A model generated the notes under the pieces. That model had not been told where the DNA came from. It did no database searches and saw only the letters and a list, made by a program, of their open reading frames with translations. The translations under genes were made by a program, and so were the position numbers. 64,000 nt of DNA from Hyphomicrobiaceae bacterium (GTDB lineage: Bacteria; Pseudomonadota; Alphaproteobacteria; Rhizobiales; Hyphomicrobiaceae), in the NCBI GenBank assembly GCA_035258605.1, contig DATFXD010000160.1, positions 78-64,077 on the forward strand, written 5' to 3'. Below, piece by piece: positions 29,139 through 38,115 of this stretch (position 1 is the stretch's first letter; every line of letters begins with the position of its first letter).

Positions 29139-31711
29139 CGCTTGCGGTTTCCGCGCCAAAGCGACAGGTGGCGGCTCGTCGGCTGCCGCTCGTACTCAGC
29201 TTGGCGCTGCGCGAGCAGCGCAACGGGCTCAAAGGCTTTTATGTGTTCATCGCCTGTGTGGCGTTGGGTGTGGCGGTCATCACCGGCGTCGGCGCGCTTG
29301 CCGATGCGCTCCGCGCGAGCTTTGAGCGGCAAGGCGAAACCCTGATCGGCGGCGATCTGACCTTGGCGCGGCCGCATCGCCCGGCGGAGGGCCACGAGCG
29401 CGATTGGCTGTGGCGGCAGGGCCGCGTCAGTGAGACCGCGACCATGCGCGCCATGGCGCGCCGGGTCGATGGCACCGAACAGGCGCTGGTCGAGGTCAAG
29501 GGCGTTGACGATGCCTATCCCTTGGTCGGAAGCGTGGCGCTGTCGGGAGGCGCGGCGCTGGCCGATCAGTTGCGCGATGGCGGCGCGGTCGTCGATCCGC
29601 TGCTGCTCGAACGTCTTGGTGTCGGCGTCGGCGACAAACTGTCGCTCGGCCATCTCGAGGTGCCGATCCGCGCCACCATCCAAGCCGAGCCGGATCGGAT
29701 CAGCGAGCGGCTGAGCGTCGGCCCGCGGGTGTTGCTTTCGCTCGAAACCTTGCGCCGCAGCGGACTGGTCGATCCTGGCAGCCTGGTCAGCTGGCGCTAC
29801 GCCCTCAAGCTCGGCGCCGATTGGGAGGCGGCCGCCGATCGGCTCGCCGCCTTCCGCAAGAGCGTAAAGGAGACCTTGCCGGAATCGGGCTTTACCATTC
29901 GCGATCGGCGCGATCCCTCGCCGCAGGTGTCGCGGACCTTGGAGCGGCTGCGCCAGTTCCTCACCCTGGTTGGCTTGGCGGCGCTGCTGGTTGGCGGCGT
30001 CGGCGTCGCCAATGCGGTCGCCACCTACCTCGATCGCCGACGCCGGGTCATCGCCGCCTTCAAGAGCCTCGGCGCCGGCAGCCGGATCATCTTCGGCATA
30101 CATCTGGTACAGGTGCTGTTGATCGCCGGCATCGGCATCATCCTGGGCTGCGGCCTCGGCATGCTGATCCCGATCGGCCTCACCACGCTATTGGGCGATG
30201 CTTTGCCGATCACGGCCGACATCACCTTGACCGGCCGCAGTCTTTTGACGGCAGCCGCCTATGGCGTGCTGGTGTCCTTGCTGTTTAGCCTGTGGCCGTT
30301 GGGGCGCGCCGAGCAGGTGTCGACGGCGGTGCTGTTTCGCGACGAGGTGGCGCCGGCACCGGTGCTGCCGCGCGCCCGCGTCGTGATCATGACGCTGATC
30401 GTCGGCGCGCTGCTGGCGGCCTTTGCCATCTTTTCATCCGAGGCGCAGGCGCTCGCCTTCTACTCCTGCCTGGCCGTGATCGTGGTGTTTGCGGTGTTCG
30501 CCGGCCTTGGCGCGCTAATCGCGCGGGTGGCGAGCCGCAGTCGGCGACCGCGGCGGCCGGAGCTGGCGCTTGCGATCGGCAATCTCGGCGCTCCCGGCGG
30601 GCTCACGCGCTCGGTGGTAATCTCGCTCGGCGCCGGCCTCTCGCTGCTGGTCACGGTGGCCCTGGTTGATCGCTCCGTCATCGCCGAACTGACCGAGCGC
30701 CTGCCCGAGAACAGTCCCAACTTCTTCATCCTCGATCTCAAGCGCGAGGAGGCCGACGCCTTTCAAACTCTGGTCAGGCGCGAGGCGCCCGAGGCCAGGA
30801 TTGAGCAGGCACCGATGCTGCGCGGGCGCATCATGCGGGTCGGGGCGCGGCCGGCCGAACAGGTCAAGGCGCCGCCGGAGGCGCAATGGGTGCTCAATGG
30901 CGATCGCGGTCTGAGCTACGCCGAGACCCTGCCGGCCGGGTCGAAACTGGTGGCCGGCCAGTGGTGGCCGCCGGACTGGGATGGTGAACCGCTGGTGTCG
31001 ATCGAAGCCGACATCGCCAAAGGGCTCGGCCTCAAGCTCGGCGACACGGTGACCGTCAACGTCTTGGGCCGCAACGTGACGGCGCGCATCGCCAACCTGC
31101 GGGAAGTGAAATGGGAGAGCCTGTCGCTCAATTTCGTGCTGGTGTTTTCGCCCAATACGCTGAAGGGCGCGCCCCACCATCTGCTGGCCACGCTGACGCT
31201 CGCCAAGGATGCGCCACTGGCAAGCGAGGCCAAACTGGCCCGGGACATCGGCCGCGCCTTCCCCGCCACCACCGCGGTACGCGTTAAGGATGCGATCGAC
31301 GCCTTCGGCGTCATTTTCGGCCGCGTGATGGTGGCGGTGCGCTCGGCGGGCAGCGTCACCCTGCTGGCCGGCGCTCTGGTGCTGGCCGGGGCGCTGGCGA
31401 CGGCCCAGCGTCGGCGAATCCAGCAGGCGGCCATTCTCAAGGCGTTGGGCGCCACCCGCCGCCGGATCCTGTTGTCCCACCTTGTCGAATACGCCATCCT
31501 GGCTATCTTAACGTCGTTCATTTCCTTTTTGATTGGCACGGCAGCGGCTTGGCTTGCCGTCACCCAAGTGATGGACCTGGAGTTCACCTTCTCCTGGGGG
31601 GCGGCGCTCGAAGCCCTTCTGCTCGCCACGGTGCTGGTGGCGGCCTTCGGTGGCTTCGGCACCTGGCGCGTGCTCCGGGCGCCGACCATCCCCTATCTGC
31701 GCTCTGAATAA
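29135..31711 (+). CDS. ABC transporter permease with duplicated FtsX-like domains (YbbP-like)
   Basis: 858 aa with two blocks of FtsX-type TM helices separated by large periplasmic loops. ATGA overlap with the ATPase gene. Confidence 0.85.
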   Translation: MTLAVSAPKRQVAARRLPLVLSLALREQRNGLKGFYVFIACVALGVAVITGVGALADALRASFERQGETLIGGDLTLARPHRPAEGHERDWLWRQGRVSETATMRAMARRVDGTEQALVEVKGVDDAYPLVGSVALSGGAALADQLRDGGAVVDPLLLERLGVGVGDKLSLGHLEVPIRATIQAEPDRISERLSVGPRVLLSLETLRRSGLVDPGSLVSWRYALKLGADWEAAADRLAAFRKSVKETLPESGFTIRDRRDPSPQVSRTLERLRQFLTLVGLAALLVGGVGVANAVATYLDRRRRVIAAFKSLGAGSRIIFGIHLVQVLLIAGIGIILGCGLGMLIPIGLTTLLGDALPITADITLTGRSLLTAAAYGVLVSLLFSLWPLGRAEQVSTAVLFRDEVAPAPVLPRARVVIMTLIVGALLAAFAIFSSEAQALAFYSCLAVIVVFAVFAGLGALIARVASRSRRPRRPELALAIGNLGAPGGLTRSVVISLGAGLSLLVTVALVDRSVIAELTERLPENSPNFFILDLKREEADAFQTLVRREAPEARIEQAPMLRGRIMRVGARPAEQVKAPPEAQWVLNGDRGLSYAETLPAGSKLVAGQWWPPDWDGEPLVSIEADIAKGLGLKLGDTVTVNVLGRNVTARIANLREVKWESLSLNFVLVFSPNTLKGAPHHLLATLTLAKDAPLASEAKLARDIGRAFPATTAVRVKDAIDAFGVIFGRVMVAVRSAGSVTLLAGALVLAGALATAQRRRIQQAAILKALGATRRRILLSHLVEYAILAILTSFISFLIGTAAAWLAVTQVMDLEFTFSWGAALEALLLATVLVAAFGGFGTWRVLRAPTIPYLRSE

Positions 31712-31850
31712 CCCCCGTCTTGCCGTGGCGACGAAGGTTTCCCATTTTCAAGGTCGGTTCGTACCGCCAGTCCTTGCAAGCGCGGGGTGGCGTCGCCATA
31801 ATCTGCTGGTGCGAACCACGAGTTCGCCTAAAGTTGAAGGGAAGGATCCT

Positions 31851-32648
31851 ATGGCCCAATACGACAACAGGTATGCGCAGACTGCTTCTGCGCGCACCGG
31901 CGTTGCGGTCGACGAAGGCCTGCGCGCCTATATGCTGCAGGTCTACAACTACATGGCGGGGGGCATCGCGCTCACCGGCATCGTCGCATACATCATGTTC
32001 TCGTATGCCGTAACCACGGATCCTGCGCTCGCCGCGAAGACGGCGACCGGGGCCACCCTGGCACTGCATAGGGGCATGTATCTGACGCCGCTCGGCTTTG
32101 CCATCTACGCGTCCCCGCTTAAGTGGGTGGTGATGCTGGCGCCGCTGGCGTTCGTGTTCTTCCTGTCCTTCCGCATCTACAACATGAGCGTAAGCGGCGC
32201 TCAGATCGCCTTCTGGCTGTTCGCTGCGGCCATGGGCGTCTCGCTGTCCTCGATCTTCCTGGTCTACACCGGCCAATCGATCACGCAGGTGTTCTTCGTC
32301 ACGGCGGCAGCGTTCGGTGGCCTCAGCCTTTATGGCTATACCACCCGCAGCGATTTGTCGGGCTGGGGCTCGTTCCTGGTCATGGGCCTGATCGGCGTCA
32401 TCCTGGCGGCTCTCGTCAATCTGTTCTTGCAGTCGAGCGCGCTGCAGTTCGCCATCTCGGTGATCGGCGTGCTGGTGTTTGCCGGCCTGACGGCCTACGA
32501 CACCCAACGCATCAAAGATGGCTACTACGAGGTGGCCGGCAACGTGACGGCGGCCACCAAGTCGGCGATCATGGGTGCACTCAATCTCTACCTCGACTTC
32601 ATCAACATGTTCGTGATGCTGCTGCAGCTGTTCGGCAATCGCGAATAA
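31851..32648 (+). CDS. BAX inhibitor-1/YccA family membrane protein
   Basis: GLRAYMLQVYNYMAGGIALTG, 7 TM helices, and the C-terminal LNLYLDFINMFVMLL motif. GAAGG lies 8 nt upstream of the ATG. Confidence 0.88.
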   Translation: MAQYDNRYAQTASARTGVAVDEGLRAYMLQVYNYMAGGIALTGIVAYIMFSYAVTTDPALAAKTATGATLALHRGMYLTPLGFAIYASPLKWVVMLAPLAFVFFLSFRIYNMSVSGAQIAFWLFAAAMGVSLSSIFLVYTGQSITQVFFVTAAAFGGLSLYGYTTRSDLSGWGSFLVMGLIGVILAALVNLFLQSSALQFAISVIGVLVFAGLTAYDTQRIKDGYYEVAGNVTAATKSAIMGALNLYLDFINMFVMLLQLFGNRE

Positions 32649-32672
32649 GTTGCGGGAGCCATCAACGCGGTT

Positions 32673-32703
32673 GGGCCCCGTTGCAACGCGGGGCCCTTTG
32701 CTT
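32673..32703 (+). terminator. Rho-independent terminator after the BI-1 gene
   Basis: GGGCCCCG (32673-32680) pairs with CGGGGCCC (32689-32696) around an 8-nt loop, followed by TTTGCTT. Confidence 0.6.
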
Positions 32704-32760
32704 GTCGCCGCCGCGGCGTGATCACAACGCGGTCGAGTGGCCGCCAGCATTGCCTTGCCG

Positions 32761-33318
32761 ATGACGACCGTAAGCTTGCGCCCGGCACGTACCGACGATC
32801 TGCCGGCGATCTCGACCATTTATGCCGCGGCCGTGACCGGCGGCACCGCAAGCTTTGAACTCGAGCCGCCCAGCCAAGAAGAAATGCGCCGGCGCTTCGA
32901 GGCCATTACCGGGGCGGGCTATCCGTATCTGGTCGCCGAGCAACACGGTGTCATTCTCGGCTATGCCTACCTCAATGCCTATCGGACGCGACCTGCCTAT
33001 CGGTTCACGGTCGAGGATTCGATCTATGTGGCGCCGCAAGCGCAAGGCAAAGGCGTGGGGCGGCTGTTGCTGGCGGCGTTGATCGCGGCGGCAACCGCTG
33101 CGGGCTTTCGCCTGATGGTCGCTGTCATCGGCGATTCGGCGCAGTATGCCTCGATCACGCTGCATCGGCGCTTGGGGTTCACGTTCTCGGGCACCATCCA
33201 TTCGGTGGGCTATAAGCACGGCCGCTGGCTCGATAGCGTCATCATGGCACTGCCGCTGGGGCCCGGCGACAGCACGCCGCCGACCGAGCGCAGCAGGTCG
33301 CAACCGGGACGCGGCTGA
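32761..33318 (+). CDS. GNAT N-acetyltransferase (phosphinothricin/methionine-sulfoximine acetyltransferase-like)
   Basis: RPARTDDLPAISTIYAAAV..GTASFELEPPS..EM and VAPQAQGKGVGRLLLAAL follow the PAT-family pattern. Confidence 0.8.
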   Translation: MTTVSLRPARTDDLPAISTIYAAAVTGGTASFELEPPSQEEMRRRFEAITGAGYPYLVAEQHGVILGYAYLNAYRTRPAYRFTVEDSIYVAPQAQGKGVGRLLLAALIAAATAAGFRLMVAVIGDSAQYASITLHRRLGFTFSGTIHSVGYKHGRWLDSVIMALPLGPGDSTPPTERSRSQPGRG

Positions 33319-33394
33319 GGCGCGCTGCCGCCGTACACGCCGGTCGCGGCGGCAGAGCCCCCGAGCCTTCGCCGCCGGCTGAAGACGAAGCCGG

Positions 33395-33811
33395 CTAATA
33401 GCTTGCCAGCCGGAGCCGCGCTTCCAGCACCGCCAGCACCCGCGCCAGGTCGTGGCCGCGCTTAAGGATCAGCCCGGTGGCGCTGACGATACCATAGGCA
33501 CCTTGCCGGCGCGCCAGGCGGGGTTGCTTTTCGATGCGGTAGAGCGGCATTTCACTGCTGCGGCGAAACACCGAAAACACCGCCTTGTCGCGACCGAAGT
33601 CGATGGCGTAGTCGCGCCACTCGCCGGCGGCAACTTTGCGCCCGTAGAGCCCCAGAATTTGGTTGAGCTCACGGCGATCAAACGTGGTCAGGATTGCCGC
33701 ACTGCTTTGAGGGGAAAGAGATTTGCCCGCCGTGGCCACGGCCACGCGCGGGCGGAACGCTATCGGCTCGACTTCGCTCAACGGCGCCTCCCTGTTTTGC
33801 ACAGGTGTCAT
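33395..33811 (-). CDS. DUF2794 domain protein
   Basis: FDRRELNQILGLYGRKVAAGEWRDYAIDFGRDKAVFSVFRRSSEMPLYRIEK. Confidence 0.7.
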   Translation of the reverse strand: MTPVQNREAPLSEVEPIAFRPRVAVATAGKSLSPQSSAAILTTFDRRELNQILGLYGRKVAAGEWRDYAIDFGRDKAVFSVFRRSSEMPLYRIEKQPRLARRQGAYGIVSATGLILKRGHDLARVLAVLEARLRLASY

Positions 33812-33891
33812 GATTGACGTTTGCGGCGCCGTTTTCAAGGGCTGGTCGCGGATTTGCGCGGCGGCCCGCGGGCAGCGCCGGCGCAAGCCCC

Positions 33892-35712
33892 TCACTCGCG
33901 CAACATCGGCGCGGCATCCGCATCGAGGCTCCAGGACAGGCCCTCGGGAGCAAATTCCAGTTTGACCGTGCCTTGCAGGGCTTCAGCCACCATGCGCTCG
34001 ATGACGAGGTGGCCGAACCCCTTATGCTGCGGCGGCGCCGTCGGCGGGCCACCCCGCTCGACCCAGGTCATCTCGAAATGCCGCTTCTCTTTGGGGCCGC
34101 GCACGTGCCACTCGATGGTAATACGGCCGTCCGCACCCGACAGCGCGCCATACTTGACGGCATTGGTCGACAATTCGTGCAGCGCCATGCCGAGGTATTG
34201 CGCCGACAGCGGCGTCAGCAACACGTTCGGGCCGACGATGGCGACCCGGTCGCTGCCGGCGCCGTAATGCCCGAGCTGGGAGTGCACCAGCTCCTTCATC
34301 GACACGCCGCGCCACTCCTGCTGCACCAACAAATCGACCGATGACGCCAGGCTCTTCAGCCGTGCACTGAAGTCGGCGGCAAAGTCCGCCGACGAGCTGC
34401 TGGCACGCGCCGTCTGTGCCGCGATCGCCTGCACCACCGCCAGCAGATTCTTCGAGCGGTGTGAGATCTCCGACATCAGAAAGCGGATGTGCGCCTCGTG
34501 CTCCTTGCGCTCGGTGATGTCCATGCTGACACCGTAGACATGCGCCGGCCGCTGGCTGTCGTTGAAGGCCTGGGCGCGTACGAATAGCCAGCGCTTGTCG
34601 CCATCGGGGCGAACGATGCGAAACTCATCCTCGTAGACGCCGCCCTCGCCGCTGGGCCGGCCCCAGCGCCGGCGCAAGCGCGGCAGGTCATCGGGATAGA
34701 TGAACGGCTCCAGGTCGGCCAGGCTCAACAGCGGCTGGTCGCGGCCGATGCCGATCTGGTCGTAAATTTCTTCCGAGCAGGTGATGGCCCCGTGCTTGAG
34801 GTCGAGCTCGAAGGTGGCCATCCGACCCGCCACCAGCGCGAGCTTGCGCTGATTGCTGGTTTGCAACAGCAAAGCTAGCGTTTCGACCAGCTTTTCTTCC
34901 GTCCGCTTGCGCTCGCTGATATCGCGAACCACTGCCGACACTCCTGCCACCCGGCCGTCAATACCGACAATCGGTGCAAGCGTGATCGACACGTCTAGCG
35001 ATGTGCCGTCCTTGCGAATCCGCCTCGCCTCAGCTCGGACGTGCTCCCCGCGGCGCACTTGTGCGTATCGCTCTTCGAACTCCGCGGCCGCGCCCGCGGG
35101 ATAGAGGATGCGCACCGATTGACCGATGATCTCCTCGGCTGAATAGCCAAACGTGCGCGTTCCCGCCGGGTTCCAGGACAGGATAATACCTTCAGGTGAA
35201 AGGCTAAAAATAGCATCGTCGGCGGCGGCAACAATGGTCGCCAGGCGGGCGTCTAGGGCCTCGGCCTGCTTGCGTTCGGTGATGTCCATGGCCACGCCGA
35301 ACACGGAGCGCGCCGTCCCATCGGCGTCGCGCCGCACCTGGCCGCGCCGCGCTACCCACCTGATTTCGCCGTCGGAGCGAACGATCCGGAATTCCTGCTC
35401 GAAGCTGTCGAGATGCCCGTCGATGGCGGCGCGGTAGGCGGCGCGGAACGGCTCGCGATCATCGGGATGCACGAAGCTCAAGACCTGATCGGGTGAGCCG
35501 GAGAAGTGCTCCGAGGTGCGCCCGTATAGACGGTACATCGTCTCCGACCAAGTCACGTGATTGGTTAAAAGGTCTCGCTCCCACACGCCGAGCCCGGTCG
35601 ATGACAGCACGAACTCCAGGTGCTCGAGCGCCGGCCACAGTTGTGCCCGCTCTTGATCGGCGAGTTGGCCGCCGGCGCGGCGCGTGTCGGCCTTGTCGTT
35701 CACCTTGTTCAA
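33892..35712 (-). CDS. Multi-PAS sensor histidine kinase, HWE family
   Basis: About four PAS/PAC repeats (WERD..., DITERK repeated), then the HWE H-box EISHRSKNLLAVVQAIAAQT and an HATPase region (ELSTNAVKYGAL...GFG). Start is TTG 35712 or GTG 35703. Confidence 0.85.
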   Translation of the reverse strand: MNKVNDKADTRRAGGQLADQERAQLWPALEHLEFVLSSTGLGVWERDLLTNHVTWSETMYRLYGRTSEHFSGSPDQVLSFVHPDDREPFRAAYRAAIDGHLDSFEQEFRIVRSDGEIRWVARRGQVRRDADGTARSVFGVAMDITERKQAEALDARLATIVAAADDAIFSLSPEGIILSWNPAGTRTFGYSAEEIIGQSVRILYPAGAAAEFEERYAQVRRGEHVRAEARRIRKDGTSLDVSITLAPIVGIDGRVAGVSAVVRDISERKRTEEKLVETLALLLQTSNQRKLALVAGRMATFELDLKHGAITCSEEIYDQIGIGRDQPLLSLADLEPFIYPDDLPRLRRRWGRPSGEGGVYEDEFRIVRPDGDKRWLFVRAQAFNDSQRPAHVYGVSMDITERKEHEAHIRFLMSEISHRSKNLLAVVQAIAAQTARASSSSADFAADFSARLKSLASSVDLLVQQEWRGVSMKELVHSQLGHYGAGSDRVAIVGPNVLLTPLSAQYLGMALHELSTNAVKYGALSGADGRITIEWHVRGPKEKRHFEMTWVERGGPPTAPPQHKGFGHLVIERMVAEALQGTVKLEFAPEGLSWSLDADAAPMLRE

Positions 35713-35925
35713 GGCTCTCGTGGCTCATGCCAAGGGATATCTTAGCGCAATCTTGAGGCAATCGGAGATCCTTCCGCAATGCGGCAGATACCAAGCACCC
35801 GCGCCTGGCCATAGTGGCCGCTTTTGCTCTAACCTTGCCCAAGGCTCGATGCGCAAGCACCCGATCCGCCGGCCGCTTGCCGGACAGCAACGTGAGGACG
35901 CCATGAACCGACAGGGAGGCGCAGC

Positions 35926-37233
35926 ATGGTCCGCTACCTGAAGCGCGGGATGGACGCCGGCGCGGTCAGCGCCGCCGATGCCAAGGTGCGCGCCACCGTC
36001 GAAGCCATTCTGGCTGCGGTCGAGACCCGCGGCGATGCCGCCGTGCGCGAGTTTTCCCAGCAGTTCGACCAGTGGTCACCGGCCTCCTTCAAGCTGACCG
36101 CCAGCGAAATTGAGCGCGCGATCGCCGCCGTGCCGCGCCGCGATCTCGACGATATCGCGTTTGCCCAGGCACAGGTGCGCAACTTCGCCGAACGCCAGCG
36201 CGCCACTTTGACCGACCTCGAAGTTGAGACACTGCCCGGGGTGGTGCTGGGTCACAAGCATATCCCGGTGAATTCGATCGGTTGCTACGTTCCGGGTGGC
36301 CGCTACCCGATGGTTGCCTCGGCACACATGTCGATCGTGACGGCGCGCGTCGCCGGCGTGGGACGGATCGTGGCCTGTGCGCCGCCGCACCGCGGTGGAC
36401 CGCATCCGGCCATCGTCGCGGCAATGCATCTGGGCGGTGCCGACGAGATCTACGTCCTGGGCGGCGTGCAGGCGGTCGCGGCCATGGCGCTCGGCAGCGA
36501 CAGCCTCAAAGCCGTCGACATGATCGTCGGTCCGGGTAACGCCTACGTCGCCGAGGCCAAGCGGCAACTGTTCGGGCGGGTCGGCATCGATCTGCTGGCG
36601 GGGCCCACCGAGACCCTGATCATTGCCGATGACAGCGTCGATGCGGAACTCTGCGCCACCGATTTATTGGGCCAGGCCGAACACGGGCCGACCTCACCGG
36701 CCGTGCTGCTCACGACTTCCGAGCAGCTGGCGCACGCCACCATCGCCGAAGTGGCGCGGCTGCTGCAGATCCTGCCCACCGCCGATGCCGCCGGCCAGGC
36801 CTGGGCCGATAGAGGGGAGGTCATCGTCTGCGACGATATCGACGAGATGCTGAGCGAGGCCAACCGCATCGCCTCCGAGCATGTCCAGGTGATGACCCGG
36901 GATCCCGACTACATTTTGCAGCGCCTCAACAACTACGGCTCGCTGTTCCTGGGCGCGCGAACCAACGTCGCCTTTGGCGACAAGGTGATCGGCACCAACC
37001 ATACCTTGCCCACCCGTAAGGCGGCGCGCTACACCGGTGGCCTGTGGGTCGGCAAGTTCCTCAAAACCTGTACCTATCAGAAGGTGCTGACCGATCAGGC
37101 CTCGGCGCAAATCGGCGAAGTGTGCTCGCGGCTGTGCATTCTGGAAGGCTTCGCCGGCCATGCCGAGCAGGCCAACGTGCGGGTACGCCGTTACGGCGGT
37201 AAAAACGTGCCGTATGCGGCGGCGGCGGAATAA
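35926..37233 (+). CDS. Histidinol dehydrogenase-family (HisD-like) NAD-dependent dehydrogenase paralog
   Basis: Full-length HisD architecture ([49 protein letters not shown]). It is not in a his operon; hisE sits elsewhere in the window. GGAGG RBS upstream. Confidence 0.8.
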   Translation: MVRYLKRGMDAGAVSAADAKVRATVEAILAAVETRGDAAVREFSQQFDQWSPASFKLTASEIERAIAAVPRRDLDDIAFAQAQVRNFAERQRATLTDLEVETLPGVVLGHKHIPVNSIGCYVPGGRYPMVASAHMSIVTARVAGVGRIVACAPPHRGGPHPAIVAAMHLGGADEIYVLGGVQAVAAMALGSDSLKAVDMIVGPGNAYVAEAKRQLFGRVGIDLLAGPTETLIIADDSVDAELCATDLLGQAEHGPTSPAVLLTTSEQLAHATIAEVARLLQILPTADAAGQAWADRGEVIVCDDIDEMLSEANRIASEHVQVMTRDPDYILQRLNNYGSLFLGARTNVAFGDKVIGTNHTLPTRKAARYTGGLWVGKFLKTCTYQKVLTDQASAQIGEVCSRLCILEGFAGHAEQANVRVRRYGGKNVPYAAAAE

Positions 37234-37235
37234 TC

Positions 37236-38000
37236 ATGGACACCGCGACCACGCCAAGCTTCCGGCTCGATGGCAAGCGGGCACTGATCACCGGTGCCGG
37301 GCGCGGCATCGGCAGAGCGGCCGCCTTTGCGCTCGCCGGCGCGGGCGCCGATGTGACCCTGGCGGCGCGCACCACCGCCGAGATCGAGGCGGCGGCTGCC
37401 GCGATCCGGGCACGCGGGCAGCGCGCCGACATCGTCACGCTTGATGTCACCGACGTTGAGGCCACGCGCCGCGTGATCGCGGCGGCGGCACCCTTCAACA
37501 TCCTCATCAACAATGCCGGCACCAACCGCCCCAAGCCGCTGATCGAGGTGACGATCGAGGACTTCGACGCCATCATGCAGATCAACGTGCGTGCCGCCTA
37601 CTTCGTGGCGCAAGCCGTGGCGCGCCGGCTGATCGAGGCAAAGGGGCCGGGCTCGATCATCAACGTATCATCGCAGATGGGTCACGTCGGCGCGGCCCGG
37701 CGCAGCGTCTATTGCGCCTCCAAGCATGCCATGGAGGGTTTCACCAAGGCGATGGCGATCGAGCTCGCCCCGCACAACATTCGGGTCAACTCGCTCGGGC
37801 CGACCTTCCTCGACACGCCATTGACGCGGCCATTCTTCGAGAATGCCGCGTTTCGCGACGAGGTGCTATCCAAGATCAAATTCGGGCGTCTCGGAACCGT
37901 CGACGACCTGTTGGGGGCGATCGTGTTTCTTGCCTCGGATGCTTCCGCGCTGATGACCGGATCGGCGCTGATCGTTGATGGTGGCTGGACCGCCGATTGA
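37236..38000 (+). CDS. SDR-family oxidoreductase
   Basis: ITGAGRGIG, NNAG, and YCASKHAMEGFTKAMAIEL (YxxxK). Starts 2 nt after the HisD-like stop. Confidence 0.85.
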   Translation: MDTATTPSFRLDGKRALITGAGRGIGRAAAFALAGAGADVTLAARTTAEIEAAAAAIRARGQRADIVTLDVTDVEATRRVIAAAAPFNILINNAGTNRPKPLIEVTIEDFDAIMQINVRAAYFVAQAVARRLIEAKGPGSIINVSSQMGHVGAARRSVYCASKHAMEGFTKAMAIELAPHNIRVNSLGPTFLDTPLTRPFFENAAFRDEVLSKIKFGRLGTVDDLLGAIVFLASDASALMTGSALIVDGGWTAD

Positions 38001-38115
38001 GAGGGAGCCAGAGCGACATGTCGCCGCCCGCGCTGTCAAGCCGCGTCCGCTGCCGCCGCTTGCGAAGCCTGCCCGCTTGCGCTCTGATCGACGCCGAAGT
38101 TGAGCGGATGTGCGC

